Shown in pieces: positions 48,232-57,965 of a stretch of 64,000 nucleotides of DNA (positions are counted from its first letter, which is position 1; every line of letters begins with the position of its first letter). Origin of the DNA: Candidatus Binatia bacterium (lineage in GTDB: Bacteria; Desulfobacterota; Binatia; UBA9968); assembly GCA_041484845.1 (NCBI GenBank), contig JBGPIK010000001.1, forward strand, positions 529 to 64,528, given 5' to 3'. Below the pieces are notes generated by a model. The model did not search any database. It saw only the letters and a list, made by a program, of their open reading frames with translations, and was not told where the DNA came from. The position numbers and the translations under genes were made by a program.

Positions 48232-48429
48232 ATGTCACCTAAGCAAATCAGAAAATTGAGGGGAGCGCTTGGACTAACGCAGCGAGAATTAGCCGAGAGA
48301 ATAGCGGGGCATCGCGTGAGCGTTGCCAGGTGGGAAACCGGAGCGAGTAGGCCGACCGGAGCGTATCTCAAGCTGTTGGAGGTGTTAGCGGAGCAGCTAG
48401 GGGCGAAGGCGAAAAAAAGACGGGGGTGA
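48232..48429 (+). CDS. XRE-family HTH protein
   Basis: IRKLRGALGLTQRELAERIAGHRVSVARWETGASRP. Confidence 0.75.
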   Translation: MSPKQIRKLRGALGLTQRELAERIAGHRVSVARWETGASRPTGAYLKLLEVLAEQLGAKAKKRRG

Positions 48430-48567
48430 AAGTTCTATGGCCGACATTACAATCACTCACACCTGCACTCCTTATTGTAAGCCCGAACTTGGAGAGCCTA
48501 GAAGCCGCCTCTCCCCGTCGCGGTATTTTTTCGGCACAATAGGGTCGACAGCCCAAAGACAAACAAC

Positions 48568-48972
48568 ATGAGACCCTCAATCCTGATCCTATGCGCCGTC
48601 CTGCTCGTGAGCACGGCAATGTATTTTTGGCCCAAGAATACCGACGACACCCCGGAATTCAGGCAGGCGATATTTAAAGAGCTACAGGCAAGCAAGGATG
48701 TCTATACCGCCGCCTGGCAGGTCCATCAGATTGCAGACATCGCGAAGGAATTTGACCGGGATATGTGGCTTAATTACAAGCTGGACGAATGCAAAAAGGA
48801 AGTCGAGTTGCGTAGCTTATTCCTGCCCATCGAAAAGAAGGTGCGCGCCAAACATGGCGGTGATACTTTGCCGGATTGGTTCACTCAATCCCGCGACTGG
48901 CAAATAATCGACCGGCATTTAAAAGAGAGCAAGTTTGTTACGCCTGGCGATGGTTGCAAGCGGCTAGGGTAA
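48568..48972 (+). CDS. Signal-anchored protein, unknown function
   Basis: MRPSILILCAVLLVSTAMYFW hydrophobic N-terminus. Confidence 0.5.
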   Translation: MRPSILILCAVLLVSTAMYFWPKNTDDTPEFRQAIFKELQASKDVYTAAWQVHQIADIAKEFDRDMWLNYKLDECKKEVELRSLFLPIEKKVRAKHGGDTLPDWFTQSRDWQIIDRHLKESKFVTPGDGCKRLG

Positions 48973-49112
48973 AGGTGGAGAAATCACGAAGCCGAGCGCC
49001 GCAAACCGCTATCCAACAAAAAACGAGAACCGTGCAGGACGCATTAAAAGGCGTCTTGTGATGAAAGGAGGGCAAGAGATGAAAACACATTCCAGGGAAA
49101 GGAGGGCAAGGC

Positions 49113-50282
49113 ATGGAAGAAACCTTTGAGCGAGTAGGCGAGCATCTTTATAAACGGCAGTACCAGAGCGCCGGGGGCGAGTGGAAAACAATCTTCTACG
49201 GCATCTTCACGGACTGGAAGGGCAAGCGGCGCAAGGTGTCGCTCGGGGCCGATCTGAAGGCCGCGAAGGACGGCTTGAGCATCCGGCTTGCGGATAACGT
49301 CAAAAAGGTAGACTTCGACGAGGAAAAGCAACGGACTCGGGAACAGGGCATGACCGTTGCCAAGTGGTCGCAATGTTACCTTGAGCTAGAGCAGGTTAAG
49401 AAGAAACGAAACCTTCGCCGCGAGCGCGAGCTGATAGCCGCGATCAATCGCCGTTTAGGATCTATCTTGTTGACTGAGGTCAAGCGGGAACACCTGTTCA
49501 AGTACAAGAACGAGCGCCTTGAAGAGCATATTATTCGCTCCGGGAAACCGCGCGCCAAGACCATTTCCCTCGGCACAGTTGCCAACGAGATTTCTTGCCT
49601 GCGAACCATGCTGAATAAGGCGAGAGAGTGTGAGATCCAAGCCGCTACGCCGTCGTTTAAGGGGTTGATACAGAGAGCGCAGCGTGACCGGATCCTTGAC
49701 GCCGACGAAGAGGCCGCGATGTTAGAAGCTTATCCGGCATGGCTCAAGCGGTTGAGCATCGTAGCGAAAGAAACCTGTCTGTCTCAAGGCGACATCATCC
49801 GGTTGACCAAGGGCATGATTGATCGGCAGCGCCGGGAGATCGTACCGGCTGGCGGTAGAGTAAAAACGGGCGTTGAGCAGCGCGCGCCATTAACAGACCG
49901 CGTTCTCGAAGTCTTGGATGAGCTAGAGCGCGAAAAGCGCCGTGGAAAGATCGTTGCCAACGTCAACGGTTTGATATTCACCAGGGACGACGGCCGGGCG
50001 ATCAAAAAGGACATGATCACGCAGGCCGTGAGAGTAGCGCGCAAACGGGCCGGCGTTGCTGACTTTCGCTTCCACGATTACCGACACTGCGCCCAAACCG
50101 GATGGGCGAGAGAGGGCCGACCTGTTGAGGCCGCCATGCTCGCGGCAGGTCATAAAAGCGTCGCCATGCACCAACGATATGTGAATTTGAAGCCGGGCGA
50201 CGTTGCAAAAGCATTCGCAATTTGTTCCCATAGTGTTCCCAAGGATTCCGTCACGGACCGGGCGAGTAATGCAAGTAGTTGA
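49113..50282 (+). CDS. int: Tyrosine-type site-specific integrase
   Basis: Catalytic R (GDIIRL), HDYRH (H-x-x-R) and GHKSVAMHQRYVN (H..Y). The N-terminus resembles an arm-binding domain. The gene ends 11 nt before the tRNA. Confidence 0.9.
   Translation: MEETFERVGEHLYKRQYQSAGGEWKTIFYGIFTDWKGKRRKVSLGADLKAAKDGLSIRLADNVKKVDFDEEKQRTREQGMTVAKWSQCYLELEQVKKKRNLRRERELIAAINRRLGSILLTEVKREHLFKYKNERLEEHIIRSGKPRAKTISLGTVANEISCLRTMLNKARECEIQAATPSFKGLIQRAQRDRILDADEEAAMLEAYPAWLKRLSIVAKETCLSQGDIIRLTKGMIDRQRREIVPAGGRVKTGVEQRAPLTDRVLEVLDELEREKRRGKIVANVNGLIFTRDDGRAIKKDMITQAVRVARKRAGVADFRFHDYRHCAQTGWAREGRPVEAAMLAAGHKSVAMHQRYVNLKPGDVAKAFAICSHSVPKDSVTDRASNASS
50222..50249 (+). promoter_or_regulatory. Candidate integrase arm-type sites (tandem GTTCCCA), attR side, inside the int 3' end
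   Basis: TTGTTCCCAtagTGTTCCCAAGGATTCC. Confidence 0.45.
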
Positions 50283-50293
50283 TATTAAAAGCC

Positions 50294-50382
50294 GGAGGGG
50301 TGGGTGAGTGGTTGAAACCACCGGTCTTGAAAACCGGCGTCCACTTCGTGGACCGCGAGTTCGAATCTCGCCCCCTCCGCCA
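50294..50382 (+). tRNA. tRNA-Ser (anticodon UGA), class II long variable arm, encoded CCA
   Basis: Acceptor GGAGGGG/CCCCTCC, anticodon stem CCGGT/ACCGG with loop CTTGAAA, T-arm GCGAG-TTCGAAT-CTCGC. The first 39 nt are the attR repeat. Confidence 0.92.
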
Positions 50383-50719
50383 AATTTATCAATAATAACA
50401 GGCAAATCACATCACGGGGTTATTGAGAGCTGTTAGAAGTTATGAGCAACCTTCGGAGCCACGGAGGGTGGCCGGCAACAAGGTGTTTTTCTCACCGTCT
50501 TTCAAGGTAGGCTCTCGGGTGTGCGCATTGGGTAATCTCCCTTCGAAGGAAAGCTCTGATACCGGGTATACGATCCCATTTTTCTCCGCCATTTCGTTCT
50601 TGTGTAGCCGTGCGAGATTAAGCACCCTGTGCTCAAAACGAACGGTTGCAAGTCTTGCCTATGAAGAGTAGTTTGCAACGGTCCTGTTAGCGAAACTCGC
50701 CTATCTGGAGGTTTGACCT

Positions 50720-51742
50720 ATGGCCAAAGCAACGACAATCCGAACTCGGCGATCGAAGCCAGAAGTGGAAAAGGAATTCGTTAAAATCGTGGATGAAGTC
50801 GCAGAACGAAAAGAAAGCAGTGACTCCAAGGCCGAGGAGCTTGCCAGGCTGCGCCAAGCAGAGATAGACCAAGCAGTCGAGGGGATTTCCGTAGAGGGGG
50901 TTGTTCAAAAGGTATCCAACCTGGGCCTGGAGATTTCCAAGGCTCTTTCGGAGATTTCAGGAAAACTTGTTGCCGAAGTGGAACGATTGACCTCCATCCG
51001 CGAGGCGGTCGCCCTACAAACCAAGGAAATAGAGCGGCTTCACAAGATTGATATTGCGGCCACGGCCATCGATCATCTCGTCCAGGATTACGAATCGCAG
51101 AAGCAGAAGCTAGAAGCGGAGATATCGGCTCAACGCGAGGCATGGTCCACAGAAGAACAGCAGCGCGGCCGGGAGGACAAGGAGTACGAGGACAATCTCA
51201 AAAAACAGCGCCAGCGCGAGGTAGAAGATTACGAATACAAGAAGGCCTTAGAACGCAAGAAGGCCCAGGACAAATACGAAGAAGAAATGCGCCTCCTCGA
51301 AAAGAAGAACAAGGAGAAGCAGGAAGAACTCGAGAAGAGCTGGAAGCAGCGCGAAACGGCTCTCAGAGAAAAAGAGGAGGAGTGGCCGCGCCTCCGCAAG
51401 GAAATCGATGAATTCCCTGTCCGGCTCAAAACTGAGGTTGATCTGGCCGTTAGTAACGCGGTTAAATCAGCGGAGCAGAAGTTTGAGCAGGAAAGGATTT
51501 TGCTCAAGAAGGATGGCGAATCGGAAAGGCGTCTCGCCGAACTTCAGATTAAAGCGCTGCAGGACACGGTAGCACGGCAGTCAGCGGAAATCGAAAAAAT
51601 CCAGGTTCAGGTTGAAGAAGCCAAGCGTCAGGTTCAGGACATCGCAGTAAAAGCCATCGAAGGAGCATCTGGAGCGCAGGCCCTAAGCCATATTAACAAG
51701 ATCGCCATGGAGCAGGCGAAGCCTCGCGCACCACAAAGCTAG
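50720..51742 (+). CDS. Glu/Lys-rich coiled-coil protein, unknown function
   Basis: 340-aa ORF with RBS GGAGG and heptad-rich composition. Confidence 0.6.
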   Translation: MAKATTIRTRRSKPEVEKEFVKIVDEVAERKESSDSKAEELARLRQAEIDQAVEGISVEGVVQKVSNLGLEISKALSEISGKLVAEVERLTSIREAVALQTKEIERLHKIDIAATAIDHLVQDYESQKQKLEAEISAQREAWSTEEQQRGREDKEYEDNLKKQRQREVEDYEYKKALERKKAQDKYEEEMRLLEKKNKEKQEELEKSWKQRETALREKEEEWPRLRKEIDEFPVRLKTEVDLAVSNAVKSAEQKFEQERILLKKDGESERRLAELQIKALQDTVARQSAEIEKIQVQVEEAKRQVQDIAVKAIEGASGAQALSHINKIAMEQAKPRAPQS

Positions 51743-51771
51743 AGCCTGAGAGCACGCTATCAAGAGAACTA

Positions 51772-52030
51772 AGTGGCAAACTGCTTGCGTCGCTTAAGGA
51801 AGCGATTCCCAAAGTCTCCCGCGTAGCCTGCCTCTGGGATCCGGCCAATACATCAGCCCGAGTTGCATTAGCAGAAACGGAGGTCGCGGCGCGGTCGTTA
51901 GGGATACAGCTTCAATGTCTCGACGTATGGGCTCCGACTCCGGACATCGAGGGCGGGCAGGCGGCGTCGATGAGATGTGCAATGGCCCTTATTGTGATCG
52001 CGGATTTCCTCATTCAAAGGTGGTATCGTT
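51772..52030 (+). pseudogene. Internal fragment of a COG2984-type ABC substrate-binding protein
   Basis: LLASLKEAIPKVSRVACLWDPANTSARVALAETEVAARSLGIQLQCLDVWAPTPDIEGG..ALIVIADFL. There is no start codon (the frame opens after TAA at 51769) and similarity is lost after about 52030. Confidence 0.55.
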
Positions 52031-52196
52031 GCCAATACCTTTTTTCTTCCTTTTCCGAACCTTTTAAAATACCACAGTCCGCACTTGTATTTGCGCCACT
52101 CTGCTGCGCCGTTAGTTTGATCCAACCATCTCGGTTGATTGCTCACCTGCCTCCAAACCGCTCGGCTTCTTGACTTGAGCATGGTATGTTAAATTT

Positions 52197-52478
52197 GTGA
52201 TCTATGAGTGGGATCCGAGAAAAGCGAAGGATAATCTTCGTAAACATGGTGTCTCTTTCGAAGAGGCAGCAACAGTGTTCTTGGATCCCTTCGCTACAAC
52301 CTTTCCCGACCCCGATCACTCCCACGAAGAAGACCGAGAAATCACCATAGGGGCGACCACGAAACATCGGGTTGTATTTGTATCGCACGTTCCGAGAGCA
52401 GGTCGCACCCGGATCATCGGTGCACGTAGGACGACTCGAAAGGAGCGCAAACAGTATGAAGAAGGTACCTACCAATAA
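52197..52478 (+). CDS. brnT: BrnT-family (DUF497) toxin
   Basis: MIYEWDPRKAKDNLRKHGVSFEEAATVFLDP..R.RIIGARRTTRKERKQYE. Confidence 0.85.
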   Translation: MIYEWDPRKAKDNLRKHGVSFEEAATVFLDPFATTFPDPDHSHEEDREITIGATTKHRVVFVSHVPRAGRTRIIGARRTTRKERKQYEEGTYQ

Positions 52479-52743
52479 ACAGGTCGACGAGCTACGGCCA
52501 GAATATGACCTTTCAAAATTGAAGGGTGGGGTCCGTGGAAAATACTACGAGCGGGCTCGTGCCGGGACCAACCTGGTCTTGATTGAACCAGACTTGGCAA
52601 ACGTCTTCCCCGATACAGATTCAGTGAACCGAGCGTTGCGGTTGTTGGCAGACACGGCAGAGGCAGCCGCGGGTCACACAGAGCGTGCGCGCCACAGGCC
52701 GAACAAGCGGCATAAGCGGACTACTGGAAAACCAGCCGCTTAG
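52456..52743 (+). CDS. BrnA-like antitoxin
   Basis: ATG at 52456 overlaps brnT by 23 nt; PEYDLSKLKGGVRGKYY motif. Confidence 0.65.
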   Translation: MKKVPTNKQVDELRPEYDLSKLKGGVRGKYYERARAGTNLVLIEPDLANVFPDTDSVNRALRLLADTAEAAAGHTERARHRPNKRHKRTTGKPAA

Positions 52744-52785
52744 CCTTCGCGTTATGGCCGACGTGAGGGCATCTGATGCCAGCTC

Positions 52786-53061
52786 GTGATCGATCAGCGG
52801 ACGTGGTTCCCGGAAGTGGTTGAGGCACTGCGCGCGGGATGGAGAGACCAGATGTGCTGGGACGACTTGATCGCACTCTGCGATCGGCTGGACAACGGGC
52901 TTCAGCACATTCGCTACTCGCGCAACATGACGCCTGCCACGACATCGATGTTGTGCACCTGCTCTGGAGGTCCAACGGTCCAGGGCGCAGCGAGCGTTTC
53001 GGTGCGCGCAACCATCCTTGCTCTTGGATGGTTCGGGATCGCACCAGAAGCCGAAAGGTAA
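52786..53061 (+). CDS. Hypothetical protein (weak call in a GC-rich stretch with ORFs on both strands)
   Basis: ORF only. Confidence 0.3.
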   Translation: MIDQRTWFPEVVEALRAGWRDQMCWDDLIALCDRLDNGLQHIRYSRNMTPATTSMLCTCSGGPTVQGAASVSVRATILALGWFGIAPEAER

Positions 53062-53298
53062 GGACTCAGTTGGGTTGGGTGGCGACTCGGAACAAAGGCA
53101 CAATGCCACGAGCAATCTCAATTCGCCGTGGGCTACAAAGCCTAGCAGAGCCACGCACACAAACTTTTCGCCTTTAATGGTTCCGCCGTACCTTGTCGCA
53201 CAATTGCGATATCGCGGTTTCAGTTGTACAAGTACGAGTGATGCAAATCAGATGTAAGCCGCGCTTTCCGGCGTTAAGGATAGATCGGGGTAGGTCAG

Positions 53299-54708
53299 TT
53301 GATAGCGGGAGATAATCCAAAACTATCTTTGCACTTTCTCGGCGCGGCGGGTGGAGTGACCGGATCGAAGTTCCTTGTTGGTTATGGGCGGCAACAGTTC
53401 TTGCTGGACTGTGGCCTATTTCAGGGGCTTAAAGAACTTAGATTACGCAATTGGGCGCCACCGCCGCTCGATGTTAACCGCTTAAACGGAATCATTCTTA
53501 CCCATGCGCACATCGATCATTCGGGGTATCTGCCGCGTCTAGTGGCGCGCGGATTTCATGGGCCGGTCTACGCGACGGCGGCGAGTTGCGACCTCCTAAA
53601 GATTCTCCTGCTGGATGCTGCGCACTTGCAAGAAGAAGAAGCGCGCTATGCGAACAAGGAGGGCTATTCGAAACATAGTCCGGCATTGCCGCTTTATACG
53701 ATTGAAGACGCGGAGCGTGCCCTGCATTTGTTAAGACCGACAAAAATCGGCGAGGAAGTGCAGTTGGGCGCGGGAATCTGGGTTGGGTTTTCCCCTGTGG
53801 GTCATATTCTCGGCGCCGCCGCGGTGAAAGTCCGCTGCGATATGGGCGGGCGAACAAAACACCTGGTGGACTCGGGAGATCTCGGACGCTATGGTAGACC
53901 TATCCTGAAAGATCCCGAGCCCGTGAAAAAAGCCGACTGGCTTATGGTGGAGTCGACTTACGGTGACCGGCATCATCCGGAGCATCCCGAAGCCGAGCTC
54001 GCCAAGATCATCAATGAAGTGGCAGATCGGGCCGGATCATTGATTATTCCCTCATTTGCTGTTGGTCGCACACAAGAGCTGATCTACACGATCAAGAAGT
54101 TGGAAGATGAAAATAAAATACCCGCGCTGCCGGTCCATCTCGACAGTCCGATGGCGATTAACGCCACGGAGATTTACTCTAATCATCCGGAAGAGCATAG
54201 CCTGGATATTCAAGTGCTCCGGAAGGGAGCACGCGATCCGCTGCGCAGCCGGCACTTTTTCATTCACAGGACTCAGGAAGAATCGAAATCGCTGAACGCC
54301 ATCAACGGGCCATTTATATTATTGAGTTCGAGTGGTATGGCCACGGGTGGCCGGATTCTTCATCACCTGCGGCAACGATTGCCGGATCCGAAAAGCACGA
54401 TCTTGTTCGTCGGTTATCAAGCCGAGGGAACGCGGGGCCAGCATCTGCAGCAGGGGGCGCAGGAGGTAAAAATGCTTGGTCAGATGATTCCGGTACGAGC
54501 GAAGATCAGAACGATCGACGGATTTTCGGCGCATGCTGATCAGTCGGAGATCTTGCGCTGGTTGCAAGGATTCGAGCAACCGCCGCAAAAGACCTTTGTC
54601 ATTCATGGAGAGGCTCAGGCCGCAAACGCTCTAGCCCAAGCCATCCGAGATCGATTGCAATGGAACGTCGAAATACCGGCGTTTGGAGCCAAATGCGAAT
54701 TGAGCTAA
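53299..54708 (+). CDS. MBL-fold beta-CASP hydrolase (RNA-metabolising type)
   Basis: THAHIDHSGYLP (HxHxDH), beta-CASP region, C-terminal GFSAHAD and HGE motifs. Confidence 0.88.
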   Translation: MIAGDNPKLSLHFLGAAGGVTGSKFLVGYGRQQFLLDCGLFQGLKELRLRNWAPPPLDVNRLNGIILTHAHIDHSGYLPRLVARGFHGPVYATAASCDLLKILLLDAAHLQEEEARYANKEGYSKHSPALPLYTIEDAERALHLLRPTKIGEEVQLGAGIWVGFSPVGHILGAAAVKVRCDMGGRTKHLVDSGDLGRYGRPILKDPEPVKKADWLMVESTYGDRHHPEHPEAELAKIINEVADRAGSLIIPSFAVGRTQELIYTIKKLEDENKIPALPVHLDSPMAINATEIYSNHPEEHSLDIQVLRKGARDPLRSRHFFIHRTQEESKSLNAINGPFILLSSSGMATGGRILHHLRQRLPDPKSTILFVGYQAEGTRGQHLQQGAQEVKMLGQMIPVRAKIRTIDGFSAHADQSEILRWLQGFEQPPQKTFVIHGEAQAANALAQAIRDRLQWNVEIPAFGAKCELS

Positions 54709-55049
54709 GGACTGGATGGAGAACACGCCGCTCTGCGCCCTGACGATAACACTTCCGATGCCAGTCCTTGCGGAATGTCATCATTTGGGCTAGTGCTGTT
54801 AGCGATTTGCTTTAAGCCATTCGATTCGGGCAGTCAATCATTGCCATTGCCCAAGAAATAACATAGGCGCATAAGTTTTCAGCAAGCTGTTGCGTCCAGC
54901 CCTTTACATTATTTTTTGAGTTAGAGTAAGTTAGTGCAAAATTCGGCGTGAAGACACCGCCGAGCATTTAGGGCATATGGATTGCCGTACGACGCACCGT
55001 GGGATTAGCCTCCACGCCGATCAAGGCCAGAAAGCGCAGCTACTAAAGC

Positions 55050-56168
55050 ATGGCGATCATTAAGGTTGAAGGACTGCTCAAGACATTCAGTGACGTCAAA
55101 GCGTTGGACAATGTCAGCTTTGAGTTCGAGAAGGGTATTCTCTCTTTTTTAGGTCCCTCCGGATGCGGCAAGACCACCCTGCTTCGGTCGATCGCGGGCC
55201 TAGAAATTCCCGATGCCGGTTCTATCTCGATTGCGAATAAACTCCAGACCTCCATCGATCAAGGTGTTCTTGTCCCGCCCTATTCAAGAGAGATTGGTTT
55301 CGTCTTCCAGAATTACGCCCTCTGGCCGCACATGACGGTGTTCGCCAATGTTGCCTTCGCTCTCAAGCTGCGCAAAGTCGCCGCGGAAGAAATGAAGCGC
55401 CGAGTCTTGGCGTCTTTAGAACTGGTCGGATTGAAAGGCCGGGAAGATCGTTATCCATCGCAGCTGAGCGGCGGGCAACAGCAACGGGTTGCCTTGGCTC
55501 GCAGTATTGTTCTGGAACCTCAGTTGATTCTACTCGACGAACCGTTGAGCAATCTCGATGCCAAGCTCAGGGAGGAAATGCGGGTCGAGCTAAAAAAATT
55601 AATCAAGAAAGTCGGCATTAGCGCGCTGTACGTCACTCATGACCAGGAGGAGGCTTTTGTCATTTCGGACAAGGTGATCGTCATGAATGGCGGAAGGATT
55701 CTGCAGTACGACACGCCGGATGAGATTTATAACCACCCGGCGGACCCCTTCGTGGCAGCGTTCATCGGTCATTCGACTCTGGTGGAGGGGAAGATTACCA
55801 AAGTTGACGGGTGTGACTGTGTTGTGACGATACCGGAATTCGATAACGCGAGCTTGGTGTGTACCGCGCCGAAAGACGCTGTATCGGGCGAACCATGCAG
55901 TGTCGTCATTAAGAATGGCGATCTACGATTGAGCAGTGATAAATTCGCCGGCGCCACGGCGAACGTTTTGGAGGGGTCGATGACCAGCCGGGAATATCGT
56001 GGCGGTTTGACCGACCATAGAATCCAAGTCGGGTCGAAAGAGGTCGTGGTCACATCGCACAGGCTTTGCCCCATGATTAGCGTTAACGGCGATGACGGAA
56101 AAATCTTTCTCTGTATCGATCGATCGGCCATCAGTCTCATCCCCCATCGCGCGGGCGCGTATGCGTAG
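55050..56168 (+). CDS. ABC importer ATP-binding protein (PotA/FbpC-like, with a C-terminal TOBE-like domain)
   Basis: GPSGCGKTT, LSGGQQQRVALAR, LLDEPLSNLD. Confidence 0.92.
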   Translation: MAIIKVEGLLKTFSDVKALDNVSFEFEKGILSFLGPSGCGKTTLLRSIAGLEIPDAGSISIANKLQTSIDQGVLVPPYSREIGFVFQNYALWPHMTVFANVAFALKLRKVAAEEMKRRVLASLELVGLKGREDRYPSQLSGGQQQRVALARSIVLEPQLILLDEPLSNLDAKLREEMRVELKKLIKKVGISALYVTHDQEEAFVISDKVIVMNGGRILQYDTPDEIYNHPADPFVAAFIGHSTLVEGKITKVDGCDCVVTIPEFDNASLVCTAPKDAVSGEPCSVVIKNGDLRLSSDKFAGATANVLEGSMTSREYRGGLTDHRIQVGSKEVVVTSHRLCPMISVNGDDGKIFLCIDRSAISLIPHRAGAYA

Positions 56169-56265
56169 CCTGCTTCGTTTTAAGTTGCTACCTGAGTAAC
56201 CTCAGAGGAGAAGCGTCACGGCAAACTGGAAAGTCATTAGGCTCGCGTTTCGTCAGGGTGCCCTC

Positions 56266-57918
56266 GTGCCTTTATTCGCCAGCATGCTCGCCGGCGGAGC
56301 GATTATGACGCCCGTCTTGATCGTGCTTATCCGCAGTTTCACGACCGGTAAGCTTGGTGCTTTTGTGGGTTTTACCTGGGATAACTATTTCAGGGTGGTC
56401 ACCGACAAGGATATTCTGCCGATGATTAGCAACTCCATTCTTTATGCGGCAGGTTCGGCGGCCTTGGGTACCGGCATCGGCGCATTGCTTGCCTGGATCG
56501 TGGCACGGACCAATACTCCCGGCAAGACGCTCGTCGAGTTGCTGCCGCTCTACCCGATTCTCATGCCGCCGATCATGAAGAATATCGCCTGGATTCTTCT
56601 TCTGGCTCCTAGATCCGGAATCTTGAATGGTTTGCTGGAAGAGTTTTTCGGCATCAAAGAGCTGGTCTTTAATGCTTTCAGTATGGCCGGGATGATTTGG
56701 GTTTTCGGCCTGGCCTGCGTGCCTCTCGGGTATCTCTTTTTGCTTCCCGTATTTCTCTCCTTCGATCCATCATTGGAAGAAAGCGCCTACATCGCCGGCA
56801 GCAAACCGGTGAACACGATGCTTAAGATCACCTTTCCGCTGGCGTTGCCGGCGTTCTTGTCGGCCTTCGTGCTGAATTTTTTGCGTGGCCTGCGCTCTTT
56901 CGAGACGCCCGTGCTGCAGGGCACGCCGGCGGGAATCAAAGTCTTCGTGAGCCGGGTTTATGACTCCATGGCCTTGGAGTTCAATACCGGTCTGGGCACA
57001 GCGTACAGCATGGTGCTCGTGGTACTTTCAGTGATCACGCTCTTTTTCTATGTTCGGGCAACGCGATTCTCTGAGCGTTACGCGACCATCACGGGAAAGG
57101 GATACAAGGTTCGTGTAATCGATATCGGCCCCTGGAAGTATGTGACCTTTCTGGCGGTGTTTGCCTATTTCCTCGCGGGAATCGTGCTGCCCTTCGTGGT
57201 TTTAATCGTCGTATCCATGATCCCGTACTACGACTTCGAAACCTTCATGAAGTTCCCCTCTAACGCGGCTCTGAAAAATTATTACACGGTACTGCACCAC
57301 CCGAGCTTCGTGACCGGACTCTACAATTCGCTCACCTTGTCGATCACCATCGCTATCATCACGGTACTTTGCGGGATTGTCATGGCCTTCACGATTCACC
57401 GAACCAAAACCTACGGCACTAAGATTTTCGAATTTATCGGCACCATCCCCTTGGCGTTCCCGCCGCTGGTGCTTTCCGTCGGACTGGTGATCATCTTCCT
57501 TGGCACTCCACTCTACAACAGTATGTGGGCCCTCGGTCTCGGTCTCTTCGTTGCCTATTTTCCCTACGCTTTTCGAAACGCTTCCGGGGCTATCGTCAAC
57601 ATCCACAAGGAGCTGGATGAAGCTGCGTGGGTTCACGGGGCCAGATGGCGCCACGTCTTTTTCAAAATCACCCTGCCGATCTTAAAGCCTTCGGTCGGCG
57701 GGGCGCTCTTTTACATTTTTATCGAGGCCTTGCGGAATGTCGACGTCGCGGTGCTGCTCACTTCGCCGGGCAACGAGTACGGACCGGTTACGTTGTTCGA
57801 ATACTTCCGGGTTGGCCAATGGGCCGAGGCGGCGGCCGGGGGCGTGATCTATCTCATCATCCTGATCGCCGCGGTTTCCATCGCTAAGTTTGCATTCAAG
57901 ATGAAATTTAGTCTATGA
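56266..57918 (+). CDS. ABC importer permease, duplicated (two-module) FbpB-like
   Basis: Two EAA-loop modules (EESAYIAGSKP.. and DEAAWVHGARW..). The GTG start is uncertain. Confidence 0.85.
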   Translation: MPLFASMLAGGAIMTPVLIVLIRSFTTGKLGAFVGFTWDNYFRVVTDKDILPMISNSILYAAGSAALGTGIGALLAWIVARTNTPGKTLVELLPLYPILMPPIMKNIAWILLLAPRSGILNGLLEEFFGIKELVFNAFSMAGMIWVFGLACVPLGYLFLLPVFLSFDPSLEESAYIAGSKPVNTMLKITFPLALPAFLSAFVLNFLRGLRSFETPVLQGTPAGIKVFVSRVYDSMALEFNTGLGTAYSMVLVVLSVITLFFYVRATRFSERYATITGKGYKVRVIDIGPWKYVTFLAVFAYFLAGIVLPFVVLIVVSMIPYYDFETFMKFPSNAALKNYYTVLHHPSFVTGLYNSLTLSITIAIITVLCGIVMAFTIHRTKTYGTKIFEFIGTIPLAFPPLVLSVGLVIIFLGTPLYNSMWALGLGLFVAYFPYAFRNASGAIVNIHKELDEAAWVHGARWRHVFFKITLPILKPSVGGALFYIFIEALRNVDVAVLLTSPGNEYGPVTLFEYFRVGQWAEAAAGGVIYLIILIAAVSIAKFAFKMKFSL

Positions 57919-57965
57919 AAGAGAAACTTTAATTTTTAATTTTACATTAAAGGGGGAAAAATAGC

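Larger units (their letters stand above)
41647..50332 (+). mobile_element. Integrative element with phage-satellite (PICI/P4-like) gene content, inserted in tRNA-Ser(UGA)
   Basis: 39-bp perfect direct repeats at both ends. Contains a tyrosine integrase, two excisionase/MerR-type HTH genes, a CHC2 zinc-finger protein, a RepA/AAA_25-like ATPase and a P27-family small terminase. No structural phage genes. Confidence 0.8.

Noticed and set aside
52786-53290. Several overlapping ORFs on both strands in a GC-rich stretch
   Set aside because: They cannot be discriminated by eye. Only 52786-53061 is kept, as a low-confidence call.
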